Origin: an uncultured Dehalococcoidia bacterium
GTDB taxonomy: Bacteria; Chloroflexota; Dehalococcoidia; Lucifugimonadales; UBA1123
Assembly (NCBI GenBank): GCA_958296105.1
Contig: OY282441.1
Location: 954,378-1,018,377, forward strand
DNA length: 64,000 nucleotides
Direction of reading: 5' to 3'
The notes below the pieces were generated by a model. The model saw nothing but the letters and a program-made list of their open reading frames with translations. It had not been told where the DNA came from and searched no databases. Shown here one piece after another: positions 1-9,020 of this stretch (positions are counted from its first letter, which is position 1; each line of letters opens with the position of its first letter). The translations under genes were made by a program, and so were the position numbers.

Positions 1-657
1 GCGCAGATAGGGCAGATTAGCGGCAATGAACTCGGGGGTCTGCCGCGTGGGGTGCCAGGCGTCGCCGTAGTTGACTGCGCGGCGCATGGCTCGGCGGGTG
101 TGTCCGCCCACCCATATGGGGATGTGGCCGTCTCTGACGGGTTTCGGGGCGAAGTAGATGCCCTCGAAATGGTAATGCTCTCCGTGGAACTCAGGCTCGG
201 CGTCTCGCCAGAGCCTTCTGAATATGCGAAGATACTCGTCCGTGACGGGGCCGCGCTCCGGGTAGGACGCGCCCAGCGCCTCGAACTCCTTCTCCAGCCA
301 GCCCACGCCCACGCCGCATACGACGCGCCCCTGGGTGAGAACGTCCAGTGTGGCGAACATCTTGGCCTGAAGTATGGGGTTGCGGTATGGGACGATGGCG
401 ACGGTGGTTCCTATGTCGATCCTGCTGGTGGAGGAGGCGATGTAGCTGAGGGTCACGAGCGCGTCCAGCTGCGGATCGTCCGGGCGCGCCACGAAGCGGC
501 CGTCGGGCGTGTAGGGATACTGGTCGGTCTCCTCCGAGGGCAGGACGATGTGATCTCCCATCCAGACCGACTCGAAGCCGAGGTCCTCCACCGCCCGCGC
601 GAATCTGATCAGAGCCTCGCCGTCGGTTGTCTTGGGGAGCGCGAATCCGTATTCCAT
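1..657 (-). CDS. LLM-class (luciferase-like) flavin/F420-dependent oxidoreductase, 3' end beyond window
   Basis: Not in the ORF track. Manual translation from ATG at 657: MEYGFALPKTTDGEALIRFARAVEDLGFESVWMGDHIVLP...PYRNPILQAKMFATLDVLTQGRVVCGVGVGWLEKEF...PKPVRDGHIPIWVGG, typical LLM motifs. Confidence 0.9.
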   Translation of the reverse strand, partial: MEYGFALPKTTDGEALIRFARAVEDLGFESVWMGDHIVLPSEETDQYPYTPDGRFVARPDDPQLDALVTLSYIASSTSRIDIGTTVAIVPYRNPILQAKMFATLDVLTQGRVVCGVGVGWLEKEFEALGASYPERGPVTDEYLRIFRRLWRDAEPEFHGEHYHFEGIYFAPKPVRDGHIPIWVGGHTRRAMRRAVNYGDAWHPTRQTPEFIAANLPYLR

Positions 658-750
658 AGCAAGTTTGCCTCCGCAGGCTGTTTCGGCGTGTGAGGACATT
701 ATCGCGCAAATTGGGCGCGGCGTCATCCCGTCTGGTGGCGGCAGTGACAG

Positions 751-1071
751 ATGGGAGTCCTGTGCGCCGCCGCTTTCATAATGGACGGCACGCTTGCCAT
801 GCTCGGGGCGTCTGCATGGAACGAGCGCGCACGGATCGAGACAGCCCGAATTCACCCGGAGGCGAGGCGCACGCTTGCGGTCAGAACCGGCGGGCGGAGG
901 GATACGCTGAACAACACGCTGCGCGCGCTGTCCGAAGTCTTTCCAGAGTGGGGCATGGAGAAAAGGGACATGTCGCTGGTTCCAGCCCGCCAAGTGAAGC
1001 CATACGGACGGGGCGGGGCGCCCAAGAGACCCAGCCGCGAATTCGATCTGATACTGACGCGCCGCGCCACA

Positions 1072-1077
<6 letters not shown>
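751..1077 (+). CDS. Hypothetical protein (doubtful)
   Basis: 108-aa ORF with no recognised motif; its end overlaps the tRNA-Lys 3' end. Confidence 0.25.
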
Positions 1078-1148
<71 letters not shown>

Positions 1149-1207
1149 ACCTGCAAGCCGCAGCACAGCCGAGCTGTGAGATAGCTGCGACTGCGCAACG
1201 GCAAGAC

Positions 1208-1238
1208 AATTCTAGTTTTCGAGCGCGCTGGCAGTCAA
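1208..1238 (-). promoter_or_regulatory. Sigma70-like promoter of tRNA-Lys
   Basis: TTGACT-N18-TAGAAT on the minus strand upstream of the tRNA. Confidence 0.6.
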
Positions 1239-1338
1239 GGCGAAAATGCCCTGTCATCAGCATAGGTTTAGGGTAAGCCCAAGACGTAACCGCCTACTGA
1301 TCAGGGGAGCTTCCAACGTCGGCAAGGCTTGTTTTATG

Positions 1339-1373
1339 TTCGGATATGTATAATGCTCATACACGTATCCGAA
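1339..1373 (+). promoter_or_regulatory. Inverted-repeat operator overlapping a TATAAT -10 box, upstream of the antitoxin remnant
   Basis: TTCGGATA...TATCCGAA arms enclose a perfect TATAAT (1349-1354); a GGAGG RBS follows. Confidence 0.55.
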
Positions 1374-1392
1374 TATGGGGAGGATGTCTCAG

Positions 1393-1667
1393 TGACAAGA
1401 GTTCAACTGATAATCTCAGATGAAGACCGTGACCTCTTCGTCTGTCAGACACGCAAGGAGGGCCTGACTTCAGCGCATGGATGAGGGCCGCGGCGCATGA
1501 GCGGATCGAGAAGCGGTAACGCGGAGGCAGTTCAAGTCCTCAGAGGATCTGAAGCAGTCTTTGAAAAGCGCGCTGATCGTGAAGGCGTTGGAATGGAACC
1601 GGATCGGTCAGAGCATCTCCAGACACTGCACGAATCGATAACCAGCGGCCTGTCAATGCCGCTGTAG
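1393..1667 (+). pseudogene. Degraded ribbon-helix-helix-type antitoxin (type II TA)
   Basis: GTG-TRVQLIISDEDRDLFVCQTRKEGLT, frameshift, SAWMRAAAHERIEKR*, then ...EGVGMEPDRSEHLQTL. Resembles small RHH antitoxins (from recall); contains frameshifts and an internal stop; no toxin follows. Confidence 0.55.
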
Positions 1668-1699
1668 CTTTCCGGTGCGGAAAAAATTCACTACGGCCC

Positions 1700-1820
1700 C
1701 CTGCCCCATTTCACATACAAGCCCCGGGCTCATACGCCCGCCGGAGGGAGTACGGGCTGATATACTGGCAGTCGAGCGAGAGACCGATGGGCTGCTGGGG
1801 GAGATTGGGGAAGGAGCGAA
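1700..1820 (+). pseudogene. hsdM: C-terminal remnant of a type I R-M methyltransferase subunit (HsdM)
   Basis: YKPR (one frame) plus RPPEGVRADILAVERETDGLLGEI matches the HsdM tail consensus FYKPxPLRxLEEIRADILALExETEGLLxEI. Confidence 0.6.
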
Positions 1821-1822
1821 AG

Positions 1823-2311
1823 ATGAACTTGGGAACGCTGTTCAAAGATTTTCACTTGGATAAGATTCGACTGAGTCCAAGCAGCGGAATGATAGAAATA
1901 TCTTTCAAGCCGGATGACAAGGACGCCGCTTGGGAACTGTATATTGAGATGCTGACCAGAATCGTAACTCAGCCCCTTCCATCTAGCGCAGGGGATGAAG
2001 AGACGGCCCTGGGCAGCGTTTACTCGCTCTTCGCGGTCACTCGTGAGATTCTGCGAAGACGCGGGCGCGGAACGATTCAGTTTAGTATGGTTGCCATACC
2101 CGTACTGAACCAAGTGGTGCGGCCCTTCACCGCCAAGTGGCACAAAGAGAGCTTGGCGGGCGCTTTCGATGGCGAGACCAAGAGGAAGGAGTTTCGCGAA
2201 GAACTGGAGATCCTGCAAGAGGAATTGCGTGAGTACAATCGTATGCTGGCTCAGATTGCTGGCGTAGAGGATTTGACCAACTTGGAACAGGCAGAGGGCG
2301 AGCAACGATGA
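1823..2311 (+). CDS. Uncharacterised helical protein, first gene of putative defence cassette
   Basis: ATG at 1823 after AAGGAG; 162 aa; motifs DKDAAWELYIEMLTRI, GDEETALGSVYSLF, VLNQVVRPFTAKWH; stop overlaps the next start (ATGA). Confidence 0.85.
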   Translation: MNLGTLFKDFHLDKIRLSPSSGMIEISFKPDDKDAAWELYIEMLTRIVTQPLPSSAGDEETALGSVYSLFAVTREILRRRGRGTIQFSMVAIPVLNQVVRPFTAKWHKESLAGAFDGETKRKEFREELEILQEELREYNRMLAQIAGVEDLTNLEQAEGEQR

Positions 2312-2874
2312 TACGTCAAACTCCGAGACACAGAGTATTCATCAGCTTCCATCATGATGATGAAGCATACAAAGACTTCTTTGTCCGGATGATGGGGGAT
2401 GATATCGTGGACGAATCAGTTAGCGATGGAGACATAGATGATGAAAACCTTCCGACAGAAACCGTCCGTCAACATATAAGGGATCGCTTCATTCGTGAAG
2501 CGACTGTAACGGTCGTGCTCATAGGTAGTCGTACATGGCAGCGCAAACATGTGGACTGGGAAATTGGGTCCAGCTTAAGAGAAACTCGCAGAAACTCTCG
2601 ATGCGGCCTGTTAGGTATCCTGCTTCCGAGTCATTCGGATTTCGGAAGCCAAACATACAATCCACGCTTGATACCTCCGCGACTATCGGACAACTGCGAT
2701 GGAAATGACCCCTACGCATTTATCTATAATTGGCCAAACGATCAAAGAACAAGTGACATTCGCAATTGGATTCACCGTGCATTCAACAGGAGGGATGGAA
2801 CACCGCCCAACAACGCGCGACAACAGTATCGCAACAATAGAGGCGGAGACTATTCAAGAGGCTGGCAGAACTAG
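2308..2874 (+). CDS. TIR-domain protein, ThsB/DUF1863 (MTH538)-like
   Basis: RHRVFISFHHDD, TVTVVLIGSRTWQRKHVDWEI (putative catalytic Glu) and GLLGILLP motifs. Confidence 0.9.
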   Translation: MIRQTPRHRVFISFHHDDEAYKDFFVRMMGDDIVDESVSDGDIDDENLPTETVRQHIRDRFIREATVTVVLIGSRTWQRKHVDWEIGSSLRETRRNSRCGLLGILLPSHSDFGSQTYNPRLIPPRLSDNCDGNDPYAFIYNWPNDQRTSDIRNWIHRAFNRRDGTPPNNARQQYRNNRGGDYSRGWQN

Positions 2875-2910
2875 AACGGCGCGCAAGCGTCGGGAAGAGA
2901 AAGAAAACTG

Positions 2911-3687
2911 ATGCTCACGTACCGTGTGCATATCTATACCCGTGCGATGGTTGTAACCGCCGAGGCGACGACGCTTGCTCTGTCGTTATCGAAGTGTACG
3001 GCGGAGCTGCGAATCAAGGCCAACCCCCCAGGCGCCGTTGAGAAATATCTGCCAGACCTGAGGAGTACAGCGGCATCTCTTTGCACCGCTGTCGATAAAT
3101 TCTTGGAGGCACTCCCTTCGGAAGTTCGAGAGCAGATTAGAGGTCATACTAACTTGATGCGTCATCTCTGTTGGATTGACTATTGGCTCGGAAAGAGATC
3201 ACCAGATAGCTGCATGGGTGATCCGGTTGATATTGTGGCGTACGACCTGCCCGACGCTCTTGGACTGTTCGAAGAGTGGTACGAGCGCCAGTCACCTACC
3301 GACAGCATTCTCGGTACTCGCTTGGAGCCACATATCACCAATGGGCAACTGAACGCGGCACTTCGGGAGGCGTGGCCTGTCTTCAAGACTCGGATGGTTG
3401 AGGTGTTCAGACTCGCAGACAACCTTGATGGCCATGAGCTCACAAACAAGCTCTTCGGGAGTAACGGCTCCACAGCGGGACTCTTGCCAGATCAGGAACG
3501 CGAAGGATACCTGAATCTATTCAAGGGTCTGTACACGCTCAGCAGAAATCCTGTGGTCCACAACGATACGCCAGTCAATCCAGAGGAGGCCGGCGCTGTA
3601 CTTGCACTGATCAACTCTGCGCTCGTGAGGGTCGAAGGTGTACAGTGCGCCACTGTCTCTACGAGCGCCAACCTCACGTCCAAGTAG
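2911..3687 (+). CDS. TIGR02391/Ymh-family (HEPN-like) domain protein with helical N-terminal domain
   Basis: C-terminal AALREAW...LDGHELTNKLFG...EREGYLNLFKGLYTLSRNPVVH...PEEAGAVLALI, containing an R-x4-H motif (RNPVVH). Confidence 0.75.
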   Translation: MLTYRVHIYTRAMVVTAEATTLALSLSKCTAELRIKANPPGAVEKYLPDLRSTAASLCTAVDKFLEALPSEVREQIRGHTNLMRHLCWIDYWLGKRSPDSCMGDPVDIVAYDLPDALGLFEEWYERQSPTDSILGTRLEPHITNGQLNAALREAWPVFKTRMVEVFRLADNLDGHELTNKLFGSNGSTAGLLPDQEREGYLNLFKGLYTLSRNPVVHNDTPVNPEEAGAVLALINSALVRVEGVQCATVSTSANLTSK

Positions 3688-3830
3688 GGACAAAGGGATG
3701 GTCATGACCCTCACCGAAAGCCATCCGCTCTGAAGCGTGGCAGTACACACGCTTACCTACCGGCTCGTACTGGGACAGCTTCGAAAAGCCAATGCGATTG
3801 ACCGCCGAAGGGTGGCTGTGATACCCTCGC

Positions 3831-3848
3831 TCGTGAAATAATGCACAG
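3831..3848 (+). promoter_or_regulatory. Possible Rex-type operator upstream of ctaA
   Basis: TCGTGAAATAATGCACAG vs consensus TTGTGAAnnnnTTCACAA (3 mismatches), just downstream of TTGACC-N18-TACCCT. Confidence 0.35.
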
Positions 3849-3868
3849 ACTGGCGACGTCTATGGGGT

Positions 3869-4900
3869 ATGGGGCAGCAATTGAGTCTCAATCCATCCGA
3901 CTCGAGCGATCCGACCGAGAACATGCCCTCCGATAGGGTTCTGATCGCTTTTCGCGTGGTTGCGGTGGCCGCAGTCGTTGCCGCGCTCGGTCAGGTCACG
4001 CTTGGCGGCGTAGTCCGGGTTACGGACTCGGGGCTGGGTTGCCCGGACTGGCCTCTCTGCCACGGAAAGCTCATCCCGCCGTTCGACACTGCAACGCTCA
4101 TCGAGTACAGCCATCGGCTGTCGGCATCGGTCTTGGGGCTGTTCGTCGTGGCTGCCGCCGTCCTCGCGTGGATGCGCCGCAGCAGCGCGCCGAACGCTTT
4201 CTACGCCAGTATCGCAGGCGTGGCGCTGGTGACGGTGGCGGCAGTGCTGGGCGGCGTCACCGTGCTGACAGAGCTGGAGTGGTGGTACGTGCTTCTTCAC
4301 CTGAGCATCGCCGAGCTTCTGACTGCCAGCCTCGTGGCGGCGGCGATCATGGGCTGGGGCGCAAAGGCGCGGTCGCTGTCGGATACCGATAGATCCAAAC
4401 CCTCCAGCGCGGATGACGCGACGGGAGGGCTGATCATGGGCGCGCTTGCCGGCGCGATGGCGCTGATCCTGTTCGGGTCTTTCATGGTGGGGTACGGGGC
4501 AGGGACTTCGTGCGCCACGTGGCCGCTCTGCCGCGGCAGTCTGCTTCCCGATGGGAGCGCCTACGCGATTCACATGGGACACCGCTACATCGCCGCCGCG
4601 GTCGGGCTGGTGATGCTTGCCGCCGCGTGGCGCGTCTGGAATGCGGCGCATCCCGCCAGCGCCGTTCGCGTTGCCGCAGCTGCGGTGTTCGCTTCGTTCG
4701 CGGCGCAGATCGCGGTCGGCGCGGTGGTGGTGTGGACGGGCTTCGATGCGGTGTTCAAGGCGGTTCACCTGAGCCTAGCCACAGTGGTATGGATCGCGCT
4801 GGTGGCTATGGCCGCGCTCCACTGGATCCCGCAAAGAATATCCGAGACCGAAGGGGCGCGCTCGCACACGGGGCGCGGGCTGGCGCAGGAGCGGCAATGA
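3869..4900 (+). CDS. ctaA: Heme A synthase (COX15/CtaA)
   Basis: DSGLGCPDWPLCHG, EYSHR, SCATWPLC and HMGHR motifs; multiple TM helices. Confidence 0.93.
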   Translation: MGQQLSLNPSDSSDPTENMPSDRVLIAFRVVAVAAVVAALGQVTLGGVVRVTDSGLGCPDWPLCHGKLIPPFDTATLIEYSHRLSASVLGLFVVAAAVLAWMRRSSAPNAFYASIAGVALVTVAAVLGGVTVLTELEWWYVLLHLSIAELLTASLVAAAIMGWGAKARSLSDTDRSKPSSADDATGGLIMGALAGAMALILFGSFMVGYGAGTSCATWPLCRGSLLPDGSAYAIHMGHRYIAAAVGLVMLAAAWRVWNAAHPASAVRVAAAAVFASFAAQIAVGAVVVWTGFDAVFKAVHLSLATVVWIALVAMAALHWIPQRISETEGARSHTGRGLAQERQ

Positions 4901-5793
4901 CCATCACGACAGCGGTTTCACAGAGCGCGCAGACGACGCTGAGGGGCTATATCGCCCTCACCAAGCCGCGCATAATCTCGCTGCTGGTGTTCACCGCGCT
5001 GGGTGGGATGTTCCTCGCGTCCGGCGGGCCTCCGGATCCCCTGCTTGCGGCTGTGGTGCTGATCGGCGGCGCGCTGGCGGCGGGGGGCGCGAACGCGCTG
5101 AACCACTATCTCGACCGCGACATAGACGGGATGATGAAGAGGACGTCGAACCGCCCGCTCGTCAGCGGCAGTGTGCCGCCGACTCATGCCATGTGGTTCG
5201 GAATCGCGCTCAACGCCGCGGCGTTCGTGATGCTCGGCTATCTCGCCAACCCTCTCAGCGCGCTTCTTACGCTCTCAGCCACGCTGTTCTACGTGTTCGT
5301 CTACACCAAAGGGCTGAAGCGCAGCACTCCGCAGAACATCGTGATCGGAGGGGCTGCGGGGGCGATTCCGCCGATGGTCGGATGGGTGGCGGTCACGGGC
5401 GGGCTTGGTCTGCCCGCACTGTACATGTTCGCAATCGTGTTCTTCTGGACGCCGCCGCACTTCTGGGCGCTGTGCCTGCTGCTGAAAGACGACTACGCAG
5501 AAGCCAAGCTGCCCATGCTGCCGGTGGTGGCAGGGGTGGAGGAGACGAAGCGCTGGATTCTGCTGTACGCGGTTCTAGTGCTTGGGCTGACTGTGACGTT
5601 CTCGGTCACGGGCGCGGTTGGCTGGATATACTTCGGCAGCGCGCTGGCTCTGGGGCTGGGCTTCGTGTTCTACGCATGGCGGCTGATGCGAAAAGCCGGG
5701 ATAGAGGGCGCGAAGGCGGCGTATCTGTACTCGCTGGCGTACCTCGCGCTGCTGTTCCTGGCGATCATGGTGGACAGTGTGGCGCGGATCTAA
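4897..5793 (+). CDS. ctaB: Protoheme IX farnesyltransferase (heme O synthase)
   Basis: LTKPRIISL, NHYLDRDIDGMMKRTSNRPL and FFWTPPHFWAL; ATG at 4897 overlaps the ctaA stop. Confidence 0.95.
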   Translation: MTITTAVSQSAQTTLRGYIALTKPRIISLLVFTALGGMFLASGGPPDPLLAAVVLIGGALAAGGANALNHYLDRDIDGMMKRTSNRPLVSGSVPPTHAMWFGIALNAAAFVMLGYLANPLSALLTLSATLFYVFVYTKGLKRSTPQNIVIGGAAGAIPPMVGWVAVTGGLGLPALYMFAIVFFWTPPHFWALCLLLKDDYAEAKLPMLPVVAGVEETKRWILLYAVLVLGLTVTFSVTGAVGWIYFGSALALGLGFVFYAWRLMRKAGIEGAKAAYLYSLAYLALLFLAIMVDSVARI

Positions 5794-5855
5794 TGGGCAG
5801 CTGCGAAAGACGGGGCCGGGGGATGGGCGAGATCGCCAGAGGCGGGGACCTAACC

Positions 5856-5884
5856 TTGACTGTCATAATACGCTTTGATAGATT
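5856..5884 (+). promoter_or_regulatory. Sigma70 promoter of ctaCDEF
   Basis: TTGACT-N17-TAGATT with extended TG. Confidence 0.55.
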
Positions 5885-5947
5885 TTACAACCGATGTCGG
5901 CTGCGGCTTCCGAAGAAGTGGGTAGCGCACCAGAGGTAACCTAAGAC

Positions 5948-7051
5948 ATGTTGAGACTCTCCCCTCGCTACAGGTATCTGATCGCCCTTGCGATGGTCGG
6001 AATGCTGGCGGCGCTGCTGTTCGGATGCACGCCCAACGATCCACATTCCACTTTCGACGCGCGGGGGCCTGTGGCTCAGTCGCAGCTGAACCTGTTCTGG
6101 ATCATACTGGCTGCGGGCGCCATCGTATTCGTGCTGGTCGAGGGGGCGATCATCTACTCGATAATCAAGTTCCGTCGGCGCAGGAACGACGAGATACCCG
6201 AACAGGTGGAGGGCAACAGCACGGTCGAATTCGCATGGACAGCGGGGCCGACCGCGCTGCTCGTACTCGTCGCCATACCTACTATCATCACCACGTTCGA
6301 CAATCAGGTCTCGCCCGACCAGAACGCGCTTACGGTGGACGTGGTGGGCCACCAGTGGTGGTTCGAGTTCCGCTACAGACACCCGGACGACCCCGAGAAG
6401 GAGATCAGGTTCGCCAACGACCTGCACATTCCCGTTGACGAGGTGGTCAACGTGAACCTCGGCTCGGAGGACGTGATTCACAGCTTCTGGATTCCAAAGA
6501 TCGCGGGCAAAGTGGATATGATACCGGGTGGCGGAAACACCATGTGGATCCAAGCCGATCAGACGGGCTTCTACTATGGGCAGTGCCTAGAGTTCTGCGG
6601 CGTTCAGCACGCGAACATGCGCTTCCGAGTGATCGTCCACTCCGAAGAGGACTTCGACGCTTGGCTCAGGTCCGAAGCCGAGCCTGCCATAGACTCCCCG
6701 GACCCGCTGGTACAGGAGGGCAAGCGCGTCTTCCTGACGGCGGGCTGTACGGCGTGCCACCAGACGCAATCCGTGGTGAACGTGGGGCAAGTCTCTCTAC
6801 AGGGGCCGAATCTGACGCACGTAGCCAGCCGAACGAACATAGCGGGCGGCGTGTTCGACAATCGCGGCGAGGATGGCGAAGTCAACGACGCGATTTTCCA
6901 GCGCAACATCAGGACGTGGCTCGAAGACCCGGAGAAAGCCAAGACGGGCAACGTGATGGCGCGCGAGGCGCCGAGCTACATGAATCCGGAGGACGCCCTG
7001 AGCGAGGCCGAGCTTTCCGCGCTGGTCGCCTACCTATCCAGCTTGAAGTAA
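5948..7051 (+). CDS. ctaC: Cytochrome c oxidase subunit II with C-terminal cytochrome c domain (caa3 type), lipoprotein
   Basis: Lipobox LFGC, GHQWWF, DVIHSFWIP, CuA motif CLEFCGVQHANM and heme c motif CTACH. Confidence 0.96.
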   Translation: MLRLSPRYRYLIALAMVGMLAALLFGCTPNDPHSTFDARGPVAQSQLNLFWIILAAGAIVFVLVEGAIIYSIIKFRRRRNDEIPEQVEGNSTVEFAWTAGPTALLVLVAIPTIITTFDNQVSPDQNALTVDVVGHQWWFEFRYRHPDDPEKEIRFANDLHIPVDEVVNVNLGSEDVIHSFWIPKIAGKVDMIPGGGNTMWIQADQTGFYYGQCLEFCGVQHANMRFRVIVHSEEDFDAWLRSEAEPAIDSPDPLVQEGKRVFLTAGCTACHQTQSVVNVGQVSLQGPNLTHVASRTNIAGGVFDNRGEDGEVNDAIFQRNIRTWLEDPEKAKTGNVMAREAPSYMNPEDALSEAELSALVAYLSSLK

Positions 7052-7090
7052 GAACAGACCGACATTGGCAACAGTGTCTGGAGGAACGGA

Positions 7091-8998
7091 ATGACGACCA
7101 TTCCCCTGGCGATTCCCAGGCCAGTCCACCCAACGGGCATATGGTCTTGGATCACGACGATAGACCACAAGCGGATAGGCATTCTCTACGGAGTGACCGC
7201 CTTTCTGATGTTCTTCTCCGGCGGCATCGAGGCTCTGCTGATTCGCATACAGCTTGCGCGTCCTGAACAGAACCTGATCACGCCGGAGATATTCAATCAG
7301 CTGTTCACGATGCACGCCACTACGATGATCTTCCTTGGGGTGATGCCGCTTTCGGCTGCCTTCTTCAACTTCGTGGTTCCCTTGCAGATTGGCGCGCGCG
7401 ACGTTGCGTTCCCCAGGCTCAACGCCTTCAGCTACTGGACGTTCCTCGGGGGCGCGCTCATCCTCAAGATGAGCTGGCTCACCGGCTCCGCGCCCAACGG
7501 GGGCTGGTTCGGATACTCGCCGCTGACGGGCATCACGTACAACCCGGGACACGGCATAGACGTCTGGATACTCTCTCTACAGGTGCTGGGCATCGCGTCC
7601 TTGGCGGCGTCGTTCAACTTCATCGTCACCATACTCAACATGAGGGCGCCCGGCATGGGGCTGATGCGTATGCCGCTGTTCACGTGGATGACGCTGGTTA
7701 CCGCCATTCTGCTGGTGCTGGCGTTCCCGGTGATCACGGTGGCGCTGATCGAGCTGTTCTTCGACCGCGCCTTCGGGATGAACTTCTTCAACGTTGCCGC
7801 AGGCGCGAACGCGGTTCTCTGGCAGCATCTGTTCTGGGTGTTCGGACATCCGGAGGTGTACATCCTCATCCTTCCTGCCATGGGCATCGTCTCGGACATC
7901 ATACCGGTCTTTTCGCGCAAGCCGCTGTTCGGTTACGGAACGGTGGTGCTTGCGGGCGTCATCATCGCCTTCATGGGCTGGATGGTCTGGAGCCATCACA
8001 TGTTCACGGTGGGGCTTGGGCCTGTCGCCAACTCGGTGTTCGCGGTGACGACGATGATGATAGCCGTGCCGACGGGCATCAAGGTCTTCAACTGGATGGG
8101 GACGATGTGGGGAGGCTCGCTGAGCTTCAAGACGCCGATGCTGTTCGCTCTGGGCTTCGTGACGATGTTCGTCATAGGCGGCATCAGCGGCGTGATGCAC
8201 GCCATCGCGCCGTCGGACGCGCAGCAGCAGGACACCTACTTCATCGTCGCCCACATCCACTACGTGCTGTTCGGAGGGGCGATATTCGCCATTCTCGCGG
8301 GTGTGTACTACTGGTTCCCCAAGCTGACGGGGCGGATGTACGACGAAAAGCAGGGGCAGATGCACTTCTGGCTCATGTTCATCGGCCAGAACATAACCTT
8401 CTTCCCGATGCACTTCACGGGACTCAACGGAATGCCGCGCCGCATCTACTCGTACTACGGCGGTCTTGGCTGGGACTTCTGGAACTTGGTATCCACGCTC
8501 GGAGCCCTGATCCTGGCTGTGGGCTTCCTGATCTTCATATACAACATGGCGAAGAGCTGGCGGAAGGGCGAGGTCGCCGGAAGCGATCCGTGGGACGGGC
8601 GCACGCTGGAGTGGTCCATCCCCTCGCCGCCGCCGGAGTACAACTTCGTGGAGATTCCCCACGTGGAGGACCGCGATGACTGGTGGGAGGAGAAGCAGCG
8701 TCGCCGCGAGCGTCGCGCCGTTCCGGTGGTCGCGGGCGGATCGGACGCGGACGAGGGTCACGACATCCACCTTCCACAGCCGTCCTACTGGCCGTTCTTC
8801 GTCTCGCTGGGGCTGTTCATAGGCGGGATGGGTCTCATCTATCTTATGAACGTGGACGCGGACGGCATCCGAACGCTCAACTGGGCCGCGCTCACTGTCA
8901 CGGTCGCGGGCTTGTTCATGGGCGTCGTATCGGTGTACCGCTGGTCGTTCGAGCCGGTCAACGACCCCGAGCCAGACGGCGGACACGCCGCGCACTAA
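7091..8998 (+). CDS. ctaD: Cytochrome c oxidase subunit I (A1 type)
   Basis: DHKRIG, TMHAT, FGHPEVYI, WSHHMF and AHIHYV motifs. Confidence 0.98.
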   Translation: MTTIPLAIPRPVHPTGIWSWITTIDHKRIGILYGVTAFLMFFSGGIEALLIRIQLARPEQNLITPEIFNQLFTMHATTMIFLGVMPLSAAFFNFVVPLQIGARDVAFPRLNAFSYWTFLGGALILKMSWLTGSAPNGGWFGYSPLTGITYNPGHGIDVWILSLQVLGIASLAASFNFIVTILNMRAPGMGLMRMPLFTWMTLVTAILLVLAFPVITVALIELFFDRAFGMNFFNVAAGANAVLWQHLFWVFGHPEVYILILPAMGIVSDIIPVFSRKPLFGYGTVVLAGVIIAFMGWMVWSHHMFTVGLGPVANSVFAVTTMMIAVPTGIKVFNWMGTMWGGSLSFKTPMLFALGFVTMFVIGGISGVMHAIAPSDAQQQDTYFIVAHIHYVLFGGAIFAILAGVYYWFPKLTGRMYDEKQGQMHFWLMFIGQNITFFPMHFTGLNGMPRRIYSYYGGLGWDFWNLVSTLGALILAVGFLIFIYNMAKSWRKGEVAGSDPWDGRTLEWSIPSPPPEYNFVEIPHVEDRDDWWEEKQRRRERRAVPVVAGGSDADEGHDIHLPQPSYWPFFVSLGLFIGGMGLIYLMNVDADGIRTLNWAALTVTVAGLFMGVVSVYRWSFEPVNDPEPDGGHAAH

Positions 8999-9020
8999 AC
9001 CCCTCACGGAGGCTGATCAA

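Noticed and set aside
52-709. ORF-track frames 52..693(+) and 191..709(-), and the many long antisense or alternate-frame ORFs across the window
   Set aside because: These are shadow ORFs of high-GC genes. The real gene here is the LLM oxidoreductase in another minus frame.
2308-2874. Canonical Thoeris (thsA-thsB) call
   Set aside because: No SIR2-SLOG, TM-Macro or caspase-like ThsA is adjacent, so the thsB symbol was not assigned.
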